Shown here: positions 50,272 to 61,911 of the stretch, piece after piece
How positions within the stretch are numbered: position 1 is the first letter of the stretch
Layout of the letters: each line of letters starts with the position of its first letter
Assembly (NCBI RefSeq): GCF_004010195.1
Contig: NC_057711.1
Coordinates: 77,910,560-77,974,559 of the forward strand
DNA length: 64,000 bases
From: Chiloscyllium plagiosum
Lineage: Eukaryota
Reading direction: 5' to 3'
The notes under the pieces: model-generated
Seen by the model: the letters and a program-made list of their open reading frames with translations, nothing else
What the model was told of the DNA's origin: nothing
The model's database searches: none
Program-made: the position numbers and the translations under genes

Positions 50272-50405
50272 TTTGGAGGTATCATAGCAGAAGTACACTT
50301 GGCAGAACATTCGATAGTGGTGACTTTTAAGGACTATCATGAAGGGGCTGCTCCATTCCTCATTATTAACCACACAAATGCAAGCAGGATTGAGTATCAT
50401 CAGAG
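50272..50405 (+). CDS. VPS13A: VPS13A coding exon (phase 0-2): FGGIIAEVHLAEHSIVVTFKDYHEGAAPFLIINHTNASRIEYHQ
   Basis: ttatgttacag / gtacct, 134 nt. GGIIAEV.LAEHS...DYH.GAA.FL.INHT motif. Confidence 0.96.
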
Positions 50406-51204
50406 GTACCTTTACATGTATAACAAGAATTTGTTTGAACTGCTTCTATTAAACTTTGTTGATCATTCTATTTAGGAATTCTATAAGCATAGTAGTGAGC
50501 TGGGCTTAATTTCAGTTCCCAGTTAAGACAACAGTGAACATGTACTTTAATTAACAAAAAAAAACTCTCTGGAATACATTTTAGCAATAGGCTGTCCACA
50601 TCAATTCATAGAATTTGTCTTTCAAAAATCAGATAAGCATGTATTCCATAAATTGTAATTTACTGATGGTAACTGTCTTTGCAGATAGATCTGTATTCTA
50701 AGGTTTTGCTATGTATTGCATTCTACAATTTATTTCAAGATTATTAAACATTATTTGCACCTTTTGACAATTATTAAAAATGTCATCTGTCAAGGGCCCA
50801 ACAGCTATGTCAGAATACACACATTTATCAAAATGCTAATCCATTGTTGATACTTGAATCTTAAGTGTTTTTAAAACGCAGTCACTTTAAAGTTATACTG
50901 TCATTATGGCAGTATAGAAAAGTGAGTAATTAAGCTAAGCCCCTGGCACTCAGCTCATTTCCCCCTCCCCTTTGCCCTGTAGGTTTATTTCCAACCCAGT
51001 CCCTATCTATTTTCCTTTTGAAAGCACAGTGGTCCATCTCACTATTGCATCAAGTGCAAAATCATTACCATTCACTGCGTAAAAGAGTTCTTCCACATAT
51101 CCTCCTGTATTTTTGTGCACCACTTTAAATTTGTAACCCCAAGTAATTAGCTTTGGGAAGGGCTTTTCTTTGTCAACCTTATCTGCATATTTGTGTATAT
51201 CTCT

Positions 51205-52896
51205 TGTGATGCTTTCACTTTAATAAAGTTATTTTGTCCTTTGTTTTTTTTTGAAGAAAGGTCGTAAAGGCAGAGGTGTCGAAGGGTCTATTTATCAATG
51301 CAAGGAGGGTGGCCAGTTTTCCCAGTTCAGGCTTTTCCTAGTTTGTTTTAATTGGAGCAGTCATGGAGTCATAGAGATGTACAACATGGAAACAGACCCT
51401 TTGGTTCATCCTGGCCGTGCCGACCAGATATCCCAACCCAATCTAGTCCCACCTGCTAGCACCCGGCCCATTATCCCTCCAAACCCTTTCTATTCATGTG
51501 CCCGTCCAAATGTTGCAATTGTACCAACCTCCACCAATTCCTTTGGCAGCTCATTCCATACACGTACCACCCTCTGCGTGAAAATGTTACCCCTTAGATC
51601 TCTTTTGTATCTTTCCCCTCTCACCCTAAACCTAATACCCTCTAGTTCTGGTCTCCCCGACCCCAGGGAAAAGACTTTGTCAATTTATCCCATCCATCTC
51701 CCTCATAATTTTGTAAACCTCTCTGTAAGGTCACCCCTCAGCCTCTGACCTCCAGGGAAAAAAACCCCAGCCTGTACAGCCTCTCCCTATAGCTCAAATC
51801 CTCCAACCCTGGCAACATCCTTGTAAATCTTTTCTGAACCCTTTCAAGTATCACATCTTTCCGATAGGAAGGAGACCAGAATTGCACGCAATATTCCAAC
51901 AGTGGCCTAAACAATTTCCTGGGGCCTAATCAATGACCTCCCAACTCCTGTGCTCAATACTCTGACCAATAAAAGAAAGCATACCAAACGCCGCCTTCAC
52001 TATCCTATCTACCTACGTCTCCACTTTCAAGGAGCTATGAACCTGCACTCCAAGGTCTCTTTGTTCAGCAACACTTCCCTCGGACCTTACCATTAAGTGT
52101 ATAGGTCCTGCTAAGATTTGCTTTCCCAAAATACAGCACTTCACATTTATCTGAATTAAACTCCATCTGTCACTTCTCAGCCCATTGGCTCATCTGGTCA
52201 AGATCTTGTTGTATTCTGAGGTAACCCTCTTCGCTGTCCACTACACCTCCAATTTTGGTGTCATCTGCAAACTTACTAACTATACCTCTTATGCTTGCAT
52301 CCAAATCATTTATGTAAATGACAAAAAGTAGAGGATCCAGCACCGATTCTTGTGGCACTCCACTGGTCACAGGTCTCCAGTCTGAAAAACAACCTTCCAC
52401 CACCACCCTCTGTCTTCTACCTTTGAGCCAGTTCTGTATCCAAATGGCTAGTTCTCCCTGTATCCCATGATATCTAACCTTGTTAAGTCACAACATGAGA
52501 GAGTCCAGGGAAGTCGCAAGTTTCAATAAAGAACTCCTCTGACCTTCTGAAATCTCTTTGGATGGTGTACCCTCCTGCCAGTAAGAATCTGTGTTTGAAT
52601 TTACCTTTTTTTCCAAGAGGTATGTTTGTGGGGTATTACTGTATTGGAACAGGTATTTAGAAGTAGTGACTGTATTGGGTTGGTTAAGGTTTCCCATAGT
52701 TAAGTTATTCTAAATGCTGCTTCCTTTTGTGTTTCAGCTGTAGTGTTTAAATAAATTGTTTTGCTTAAAACCAAGTGGTTTGACCAGCTGCATCCCAATT
52801 GGAACAACCACTTTACACCTGCCTTTTAAAATAAGAAAAAGTTAGGGTGTAGGCTATCTTAAAATATTTTGAGGGGATCTGGCCTGGTCCATAACA
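51205..52896 (+). mobile_element. Solo LTR (about 565 bp net) interrupted by a CR1 insertion
   Basis: TGTGATG...ATAACA termini. 4-bp TSD CTCT at 51201-51204 and 52897-52900. AATAAA at about 52750. Confidence 0.8.
51364..52485 (-). mobile_element. Young CR1/HER1 LINE, 5'-truncated
   Basis: SGVPQESVLDPLLFVIYINDLD...SKFADDTKIGG (52170-52406). agtca is duplicated at both junctions. Confidence 0.92.
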
Positions 52897-53883
52897 CTCT
52901 GCCAAATCTTCCCTAAATCACTTCTGCTCCAGTTTCTCTAACCTAACCTAGCAGCTAAAATTCTACGTCAGACCATAAGAAATTTGCCACCTTCCAATCT
53001 GGTGGAACCATTCCAAAGTCTACAGAATTTTGAAAGGTGACCATCATGTTTTTACAGCCACTTCTTTCAAAACACCGGGCTGTAGATATTTTATTTATCT
53101 ACTTTAAATTCCTGGAAGTGCACTCATAAATTTAATCTGAGTGCTGTAAGGGCCCTCACATCCATTCCAAAGTATAAGTGTCAGATCTAGATGTAGATTT
53201 TTGTGGTAGCCTTTATTGAACTTTGAGGTTCACAATAGCCTCAAACACTTTTTGTACTAAATCCTTTTATTTAGGCATCCCAAGATCCCATACATGTGGT
53301 TCCCTACACTCTCAAAATGTCCTGCCAACCTTAAATAATCCATCACATGAATACCAGTAACCTCTGTTCCTGCAGTTGTTTAGAATTGTGCCATGAAGTA
53401 CATATTGTCCCGACCACCAAAATGTGTCGTCTCAAACATCACTGTATTAAATTCCAACTGCCATTGAGCTGTCCGTTCTGCTAGTCTCTATCCTGCTGCC
53501 ATCAAATGATGTCATCCTTAATGTTTGCATTTCCAAGTTTGTTCTTGCTGTGAAATTTTGAAAGTTTATGCTAATATGTTCCAATCTCATGCTATATATG
53601 TATATTAACAATGTAGTAATCCTGTCATTGACATCTGGGGAATACTACTGTCAATCATCCTTCAGTAAGAAAAACAACATTAACACAACTCACTGCTTTT
53701 TATCCTCAGGCTAATTTTTATCCATGCTGACACTGACCTCTTATTCTATGAGCCTAAATTTATTAGCCCATTAATTATGTGATACTTTTAAAAACACTTC
53801 CTAAAATACAAATAAATAGCATCCATTGCATTCCCTTCAACAACCTCCAGTTAATTCTTTAAAATGCTCAAAATTAGATCAGT

Positions 53884-53960
53884 TTAGAGTGTGGTGTGGG
53901 AAAAGCACAGCAAGTCACTCTTGACTTTGATCTCCAGCAGCTGCAGTCCTCACTTTCTCT
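53884..53960. mobile_element. 77-bp PLE-derived micro-insertion (family A ends only)
   Basis: ggaaaagcacagcaagtca joined to gatctccagcagctgcagtcctcactttctc. Perfect 16-bp TSD tcaaaattagatcagt at 53868-53883 and 53961-53976. Confidence 0.85.
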
Positions 53961-54826
53961 TCAAAATTAGATCAGTCAAACACCCTCTGATTTTTAAAGA
54001 TCAATATTGCCCCTCCTTAATTAACTGAAACCTAACCATAAATTTTAACATTATTTTCTTAAAGCCTTGACCATCACTAACATTAAATAGCCAACCTGTA
54101 TATCCCTTATATGCCCTCAAATTCTTTCTTAAATAGGATGTCACATTTGTCACTTTGCCATTATCTAGCATTTCTACCCCATGTAAGGAAGTTTGAAAAC
54201 TTATGGCAGACTGTTTGCTATCTCCAGCACACTTGCCTTATCAACTAGTGATGTAAACTATCTGGGGCAGATGGCTAATCCATTCTAAGCATAACCAGCC
54301 TTTCCCGTGTGTCCTGTCTATCAATTGCCTTCTCATCCATTACTTTTAGCAATGTTTTGATTGCATTCGTTTTGTCAGTGAACACCAGTAAAAAACACAC
54401 ATTAAGTATTTCAACTTTGCTTTGCAATGGTCAGCATAAAGCGCTGCCTTCATTCCTAGTAGAGTCATCTGTTTCTATCCACTTCTTGATGACATGCTGT
54501 TAAACAATTTTTGGGTTTTTTTTATGTTGACTGCCATTCTGTTTGTTTTAAGCTCGTCTTGTTTTCCTTTTCACATCCCTACTCAACCCATTGTATTTGG
54601 CCTGATTTTCATTTGAAGAATTCACTGGATGTGTGTCAGATACTATCTTTATTTTTGTTTTTTATTGTGTCTTCCTCTTACTAGTGAGCTTTGGCTTTGG
54701 CTCCCTGCCTTCTTTCTTGTTGGAATTAGCCTAGCTGAACATGAAACACCTAAAAGAAAGCCCGTTATTCTTTTATCAATTCTCCTGTCTGTTTGGTTTC
54801 ATTTCAGTTTGGCTAGGTAGCCTCTT

Positions 54827-55661
54827 CTTCTTCAAATCCTCCTAATTCCTTCAGACAAGAGGGGTAGCCATGGGCATCCGCATGGGCCCCAGCTATACCT
54901 CCCTCTTCATCTTTCGCATGTACACTGGCATTATCCCCCACCTTTTTCCTCTGCTGTATTAGCATCACCTTGTGCTCGCACAAGGAGGTTGAACAGATCA
55001 TCAACTTCGCGAACATCTTCCAACCTGACGTCAAGTTCACCTGGACCATCTTGGAGACCTCCTTCCCCTTCTTGGACCTCTCCGTCTCCATCCCTGGTGA
55101 CCAGATCAATATTGGCATCCACTTCAAACACACCGACTCCCACAGCTACCTGGACTGCACCTCCTTCCAGCTTCCATCCTGTAAATACGCTATTTCTTAC
55201 TCCTAATTCCTCCGCCTCTGCTGTATCTGCTCCCAGGAGAAATAATTCCACTCCAGGTCATCTGAGATAGCCTCCTACCTCAAGGATTGCAATTTCCATT
55301 CCCACATGATCAACAATGCCCTCTAGTGCATCTCCTCCACTTCCCCCAACTCTGGTCTTGAACCCCACCCCTCCAACTGCAACACGGATAGAACACCCCT
55401 GCTCCTCACCTTCACCCCACTAATCTCTGGATACAGCGCATTATCCTTTGCCATTTCCACCACCTAAAATCCAACCCCACCAACAGAGATATATTTCCCT
55501 CCTCACTCCTATCAGCTTTCCACGGAGACCATTCCCTCTGTGACTCCCTTGTTAGGTCCACACCCCCCACCCACCCACCTTCCACTCCTGGCACCTTTCA
55601 TTGCTGCTGAAAGAGGTGTAAAACCTGTGCCCACTCCAGCATCTGCAGTCCTCACTTTTTC
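54827..55661 (+). mobile_element. Penelope-like element (family A) RT fragment joined to the 3' terminus
   Basis: GVAMG.RMGPSY, KFTWTI...FLDLSVSI...DSHSYLD. Ends in gcatctgcagtcctcactttttcc. Imperfect 14-bp TSD ctag(g/a)ta(g/c)cctctt. Confidence 0.88.
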
Positions 55662-56727
55662 CTAGATACCCTCTTGTCTTGTTAGTTTTTTTCAATTTCG
55701 AAGCTCTACTTCAGGTCATTCAGATTCTTCATTACTAATCATATATTAACCAAGAAGTCAAGTGAGATCTAAACAATTAATTATCACTGGTCCTTTACAT
55801 TTGGCTGTTCAGCTGAACTTACCCTTAAAATTTACGATGATGCTCTGTGTGAAATGATGGAGGAGCTTTCAACATCATTAGATTTTTATATACAAAGATC
55901 AGGAAGATCAAGGGTTTAGAGGGGTATATTTTGTGATATAACCCACATCCCTCCTAAGAGCAATTTGATCCAGACATAACGTAAGTGGGAGGAAGTTTGA
56001 AATCTTTAGTCAGCATTTCAGGGGATGTGGCATGAGGTGGAGAAAGGAGGAGGAAATTTCAGCTGGGAATCGGTGAGGTTGAAGGTTTCGTTAAACCTTG
56101 GGGAGCACTCCTGAACCACAGAAGTACTGAAAAATACAATACATATTGTGTATTTGAGAGAGTCAGCCTCTCCAGCTGAGCAAGAATCTCACAGCTTGAA
56201 TTTCTTTAACATTTCACATCACCTTGGGATGTTATTTACGCCTCCGCAATTTGCAGAAACATTGCTAATATTTTCAATTGTGTACTTCAAAGTTTCTCAG
56301 GGTGAAGTTGTCCAATTCATATATTTTCACCCCCAATCCTCTTCTGTCCCAATCTCTTCTGTGCATCAAGGAGTCTACCTTAAAACTGAGGCCCATAACT
56401 CTGTGAGGGAAAATGACTCCTGTAAAATGTCTTATCAGATGTTAAATGAGTGGTCCCCTATAAGTGGCAAGCAATTTGTTAGCCGCATTAGTTATTCCAT
56501 TTGTTCTTGTTTTACCAAATTGGAATAAAAGTGCAGATTTCTTCTTTTTATACATTTATTTTTAAAATGTTTGCTGTCACTTAATGGCAGTGTTTCAAAA
56601 GATCAATTAATATTTTTGGTCTGTAGTTTTATCTGTACTGAAGTTTCATCTTCAAGTACTGAAAACACTGAAGTGCAACTTAGAATTTGTATTAAAACTG
56701 AAGTATTGTCTTATCGTGTGTTACCAG

Positions 56728-56863
56728 CAGTTCAACTGGAAAGGGACATCAACTAGAGCCAGGTAAGGCAACCTACTATACCTGGGAAGATCCAACAGGA
56801 TCAAGAATGCTGAGCTGGTACTGTGGATGTGAAGATACAGCAAGAGTGCTGAGTACAATCGAG
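56728..56863 (+). CDS. VPS13A: VPS13A coding exon (phase 2-0): (S)SSTGKGHQLEPGKATYYTWEDPTGSRMLSWYC...STIE; alternative start 56731
   Basis: ttaccag(cag) acceptor / gtaatt donor, 136 nt. L.PGKA..YTW.DP.GSR.L.W motif. Confidence 0.92.
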
Positions 56864-57856
56864 GTAATTATGTAGAGAATTTTGTGATGTTTTCACCCTC
56901 TTTCTTTTGCCGTTTGCTTTTGACTTGATGATATTAAATTCCTATCTTGTATTTCAGTTCAGTTCTCTGATATTAAAAATCTGACAATGTTTCTATTAGC
57001 GTATTTGGATGTTCCTGGTTTTATTTCATTTGCTTACAAATGTTGACCCACAGTCCACTCAATTAATGTCCTGCATGTAAATAGTAAGCAGAGTGACATT
57101 CTACTTACTTATCAGAAAGCATTAAAGAACAGTATTTGTTATTGTATTGCATTGGTTTAGTTCTATTTTCATGTATCTCACTTTAGAGTCAGTTTTGTTT
57201 CTGATCATACAACTAATGCAACTGACCATGTGTATCACGTGACCATTAATGTGTTCACCTTTTCTCTGGCAAGGTGATAATACAAATTCTGATCCTAAGC
57301 ATAATGGACCAATTTTACAAGCACCCTCCTGAAGCAGGTGGTAGTCTTTTATTTGATGAAAAGAAAATTCCGATTTTGTAACATCAAACTTTTCAGGTTT
57401 TGATTTTTGAGGCAATGGAGGCAGAGAAAGATGCATGCTCAGTTTGCATTTAATTAGCAAAACAATGTCATTGAATTTCATAGTTCGGAGACTTTGCCTC
57501 ACCACAGACTGTGGTCATATAAAATGAATGTGTGTCTGCTCCACTAACCATGTCTTTGGCATTTATGCTTATTTCTCTGATATTACATACTTTGCTAGTG
57601 TGCTGTCTTTCTTAAAATCATCAATTCACTGCCCAGTTGATGAGTTCATCACTAATGAGTTGATAGACCATGAGGCAAATTTTTTACACAGTTTAATAAC
57701 ATTTTGACTGGTTTGTCTACTGGACCCAATTTTGTTGACCATGCCGTTCATACCACATACTTTGAGAGGCATACCTTTACTTCACAGAAGCAGTGACCCA
57801 GCTATGCCATTTTCTGCAATTGAGTCTCATGCCTAAATTTACATATAGTGTGGATA

Positions 57857-58425
57857 AGAACTAAGAACAAAGAAAATTACAGCACAGGAACAGGACCTTT
57901 GGTGCTCCAAGCCTACGCCGATCCAGATCCTCTATCTAAACCTGTCGTCTATTTTCTAAGGATCAGTATCTCTTTGCTCCCTGCCCAATCATGTATCTGT
58001 CTAGCTACATCTTAAATGATATTATCGCGCCCATGTCTTCCACATCTACCATCTCCACTGTCAATGCATTCCAGGCACCCACCACCCTCTGCGTAAAGAA
58101 CTTTTCACGCATATCTCCCTTAAACTTTTCACCTCTCACCTTGAACTCGTGATCCCTAGTAATCAAGGCCCCCACACTCTTGGGGGGAGGGGGGAAGAAG
58201 CTTCTTGCTATCCACCCTGTCTATATCTCGTATGATTTTGTAGACCTCAATCAGGTGCCCCCTCAACCATCATCTTTCTAATGAAGATAATCCTCATCTG
58301 CCCAACCTCTCTTCATAGCTAGTGGCCTCCATACCAGGCCACATTCTGGTGAACCTCCTCTGCACCCTCTCCAAACCATCCACATCCTTTTGGTACCAGA
58401 ACTGTACGCAGTATTCCAAATGTGT
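57857..58425 (-). mobile_element. CR1 LINE 3' fragment (different subfamily)
   Basis: LEYCVQFW, RV..RF, RVVGAWNAL-type segments and a tail. Confidence 0.8.
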
Positions 58426-59542
58426 TTGACACATCTGCAGAATCAGGAAACTTTCTAGCTTACTGAACTCATATCAGGAAAAACAAATCTTTGCTCCAGG
58501 ATTGGGTGTGTGACAGTGTAGTTCATTGACCTTGGAAGCAGTAACTATGCAGAGGGAGTTGCTATGTTATGAATTCTTCTTAGACTCTGCATCAAAGTAG
58601 ATCTTGGTGAGAGTTCCTGCTGAGTAAGAAATAGTTGAATGACCATTTCTGGTCCTGAGAGAAGCTGTTAATAAAAGGAATCAGATGACCATTAATTGTA
58701 CTGGTTGTCCAGTTAGTTGCAAACAGAAGGAGAGATAATCATTCATAGGATTGCTGATACCTGTTTACCTTGTAATGAAGGGGTACATGTTCAAGTAAAT
58801 TGATGCTGGAAAACAAGACCCTGTCATGGGCTGGCATTATGAACCATATGAGATATTCTCTAATGACTGTGCGGTGGAAAGCCTCCATAATGACTGGTGG
58901 ATACCTCATTTGCAAGGAAATTTTAACATTCCACATTCCCTCCTTCCACCCAACTCTGTGTGACCTTGCATAGGATCCTTAAAGCTGCACACTGCCGTGG
59001 CAGAATATGCCACAAACTGTGGAGAAGGATGTGGAAGTAGAGAACCTGGAGAAATAAATAATATCTTTAAAAGTGTCTATATTACAGAAAAGGAGGCCCT
59101 GAACACCTTAAAATGCATAAAGATGGATAAATCCCCAAGACTTGATCAGGTGTACCCCAGAACTTTGTGGGAAGCAAGGGAAGTGGTTGCTGGACCTCTT
59201 GCATCATTGATAGCCAGAGGTGAGGTGGCAGAAGACTAGAGGGTAGCTAATGTGGTGCATTATTTAAAAAAGATGGCAAGGAAAAGCCAGGGAACAATAA
59301 ACTGGTGAGACTGATATCAGTAGTGGATAAGTTAATGGAGGGGATTCTGAAGGACATGGTTTACATGTATTTGGAAAGGCAAGGACTGATTAGTGAAAGT
59401 CAACATGGCTTTGTGCATGGGAAGTTGTGTCTCACTAACTTGATTGAGTTTTTTGAAGAAGTAACAAAAGTTTGACAGATTGAAGGAGTTGTCTATATGT
59501 ACGTAAGCAAGGTGTTTGACAAGATTCTGCATGTTAGACTAA

Positions 59543-59860
59543 TTAGATTAGATTAGATTACATTACAGTGTGGAAACAGGCCCTTCGGCCCAACAAGTCC
59601 ACACCGACCCACCGAAGCGCAACCCACCCATACCCCTACATTTACTCCTTACCTAACACTGCGGGCAATTTAGCATGGCCAATTCACCTGACCTGCATAT
59701 CTTTGGACTGTGGGAGGAAACCGGAGCACCCGGAGGAAACCCACGCAGACACGGGGAGAACGTGCAAACTCCACACAGTGAGTCGCCTGAGGCGGGAATT
59801 GAACCTGGGTCTCAGGCGCTGTGAGGCAGCAGTGCTAACCACTGTGCCACCGTGCTGCCC
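59543..59860 (-). mobile_element. Young full-length HE1 SINE
   Basis: (gatta)n tail and a complete reverse-complement body. Confidence 0.95.
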
Positions 59861-60608
59861 ACGGTGGCACAGTGGCACAGTGATTAGCAAGGTTAGATCA
59901 CATGGAATCCAGGGAGAGCTAGCCATTTGAAGACAAGATTGACTTAAAGGTAGGAGGTGAAGGGCGATAGTGAAGGTTTTATGGATTGGAGGCCTGTGAC
60001 CAGCAGTGTGCCACAAGGATCGGTACTGGGCCTGCTGCTTTTTGTCATTTATATAAATGGTTTGAATGTGGATTTCAGAAGAATGGTGAGTAAGTTTGCA
60101 GATAACACAAAATTGGTGTAGTGGACAGTGAAGAAGGTTATCTCAGAGTACAATGGGATCTTGATCAGTAGGCCGAGGCGTGGAGGCTGATGAAGTTTAA
60201 TTTCAATAAATGTGAGATGTTGCATTTTGGTAAGGCGAATCGGGCAGGACTTGTACACTTCATGGTAAGGTCCTTTTGCTGAACAAAGAAACCTTGGCGT
60301 GCAGGTTCATAGTTCTTGAAAGTGGAGTTGCAGGTAGATACAATAGTGAAGAAGTGTGCTTTCCTTTATTAGTCAGTGCATCGTGTACAGGAGTTGGGAT
60401 GTCATGTTACAGCTGTCCAGGACAATGGCTTTTGGAACTTTTGGAATACTGCATTCAGTTCTGGTCTCCGTGCTGTAGGAAAGATATTGTGAAACTTGAA
60501 AGGCTTCAGAAAAGATTCATAAAAATGTTGGGGGGTTTGAGCTATTGGGAGAGGCTGAATAAGCTGAGGCTATTTGCCCTGGAGTGTTGAAGGTTGACCT
60601 TATAGAAT

Positions 60609-60953
60609 TGGCATGGTGGCTCAGTGGCTATCACTGCTGCCTCACAACACCAGGGACCCAGTTTCGATTTCAGCCTCGGCAACTATCTGTGTAGAGTTTG
60701 CACATTCTCCCCGTGTCTGTGTTGGTTTCCTCTGGGTGCTCCGGTTTCCTCCCACAGTCCAAAGATGTGCAAATGAGGTGAATTAGCCGTGCTAAATTGA
60801 CCCAGCGTATTTTGGGATGTGCAGATTAGATGCATTAGTCAGGGCAAATGTAGAGTAATCGGATAGGGGAATGGATCTGAATGGTTTACTCTTCGGAGGT
60901 TCGGTGTGGACTTGTTGGGCCAAATGACCTGTTTTCACACTGTAGGGATTCTA
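60609..60953 (+). mobile_element. HE1-type SINE
   Basis: tggtggctcagtggc head, core and tail. Confidence 0.92.
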
Positions 60954-61335
60954 TGAAGTTTATAAAATAATGAAGGATATGGATAGGTTGAATAGCCAAG
61001 CTCTTTTTCCCAAGGTAGAGGAGTCCAAAATGTGAGGGTATAGGTTTAAGGTGAGGGGAGGGGGGAAGCAAATATAAAAGGGACCTAAGGGGCAACGTTT
61101 TCATGCAGAGGGTGGTGTGTGAATGGAATGAGCTGTCAGAGGAATGTGGTGGAAGTTGGCATAATTACAACATTTGAAAGGCATCTGGATGGTTACATAA
61201 ATAGAAAGGGTTTAGAGATAAATGGGCCAAATGCTGGCAAATGGCACTAGATTAATTTAGAACATCTGGTCAGCGAGGTCTGGTTGAACCAAAGGGTCTG
61301 TTTCCCTGCTGTACAACTCTGACTCTGTACCAGTG

Positions 61336-61410
61336 GGCTCATGCCCGAAGCGTCGATTCTCCTGCCCCTTGGATGCTGCGCTTTTCCAGGAACACATTTT
61401 CAGCTCTGAT
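61336..61410 (+). mobile_element. PLE family A pLTR fragment (partial hammerhead)
   Basis: gggctcatgcccgaagcgtcgattctcctg...cacattttcagctctgat. Confidence 0.75.
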
Positions 61411-61911
61411 GTGGAGGGAACAAGGTAGTTTGGGCAACATCAGGTGTTGCTGAGCTCATAAGCCTGTTTCATGTATGTAAACAAATGGATATTCTATGTA
61501 AGACTTGTTTAACTTGGAACATTGTGTTTTTTTTTGTTTGTCATCTCTTGATGACTTACGGAAGTGAGAGGTAAGGTGGTTCCTCTCAAGTGACCAGGAT
61601 CTCCAGTGCCTGGTTCAGGAGGTCTGATTGAATTGAATTGAATTGAATTTGTTAAGGCAATATCAGAGTGGTCAGTGCAAGAAAAATCCAGAGATTAAAA
61701 ATTTTTTGGCAGTTTTGGAAGAGACCTGACTTGGGTCAGAAATAAGTATAGTTTCTGTCCTAGAAAGGAATATAGAACAGTTCAAGGAAAACAGTTAGCT
61801 CAGTATGAATGTTAAATTTGGGGAAACTTCCAAACAGGAGTATTTAGTTAGAAACTTGCAGGTTATTAAAAGCTGTAAAGGTCTAAGTTTTTAGATTTGT
61901 AAATATTCATA

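Larger units (their letters stand above)
59020..61325 (+). mobile_element. CR1/HER1 LINE RT-to-3' fragment with two nested HE1 SINEs
   Basis: KSP..DQVYPRTLWEAR, QHGFV..KLCLTNLIEFFEEVT, VPQGSVLG, LEYCIQFWSP. Confidence 0.9.
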
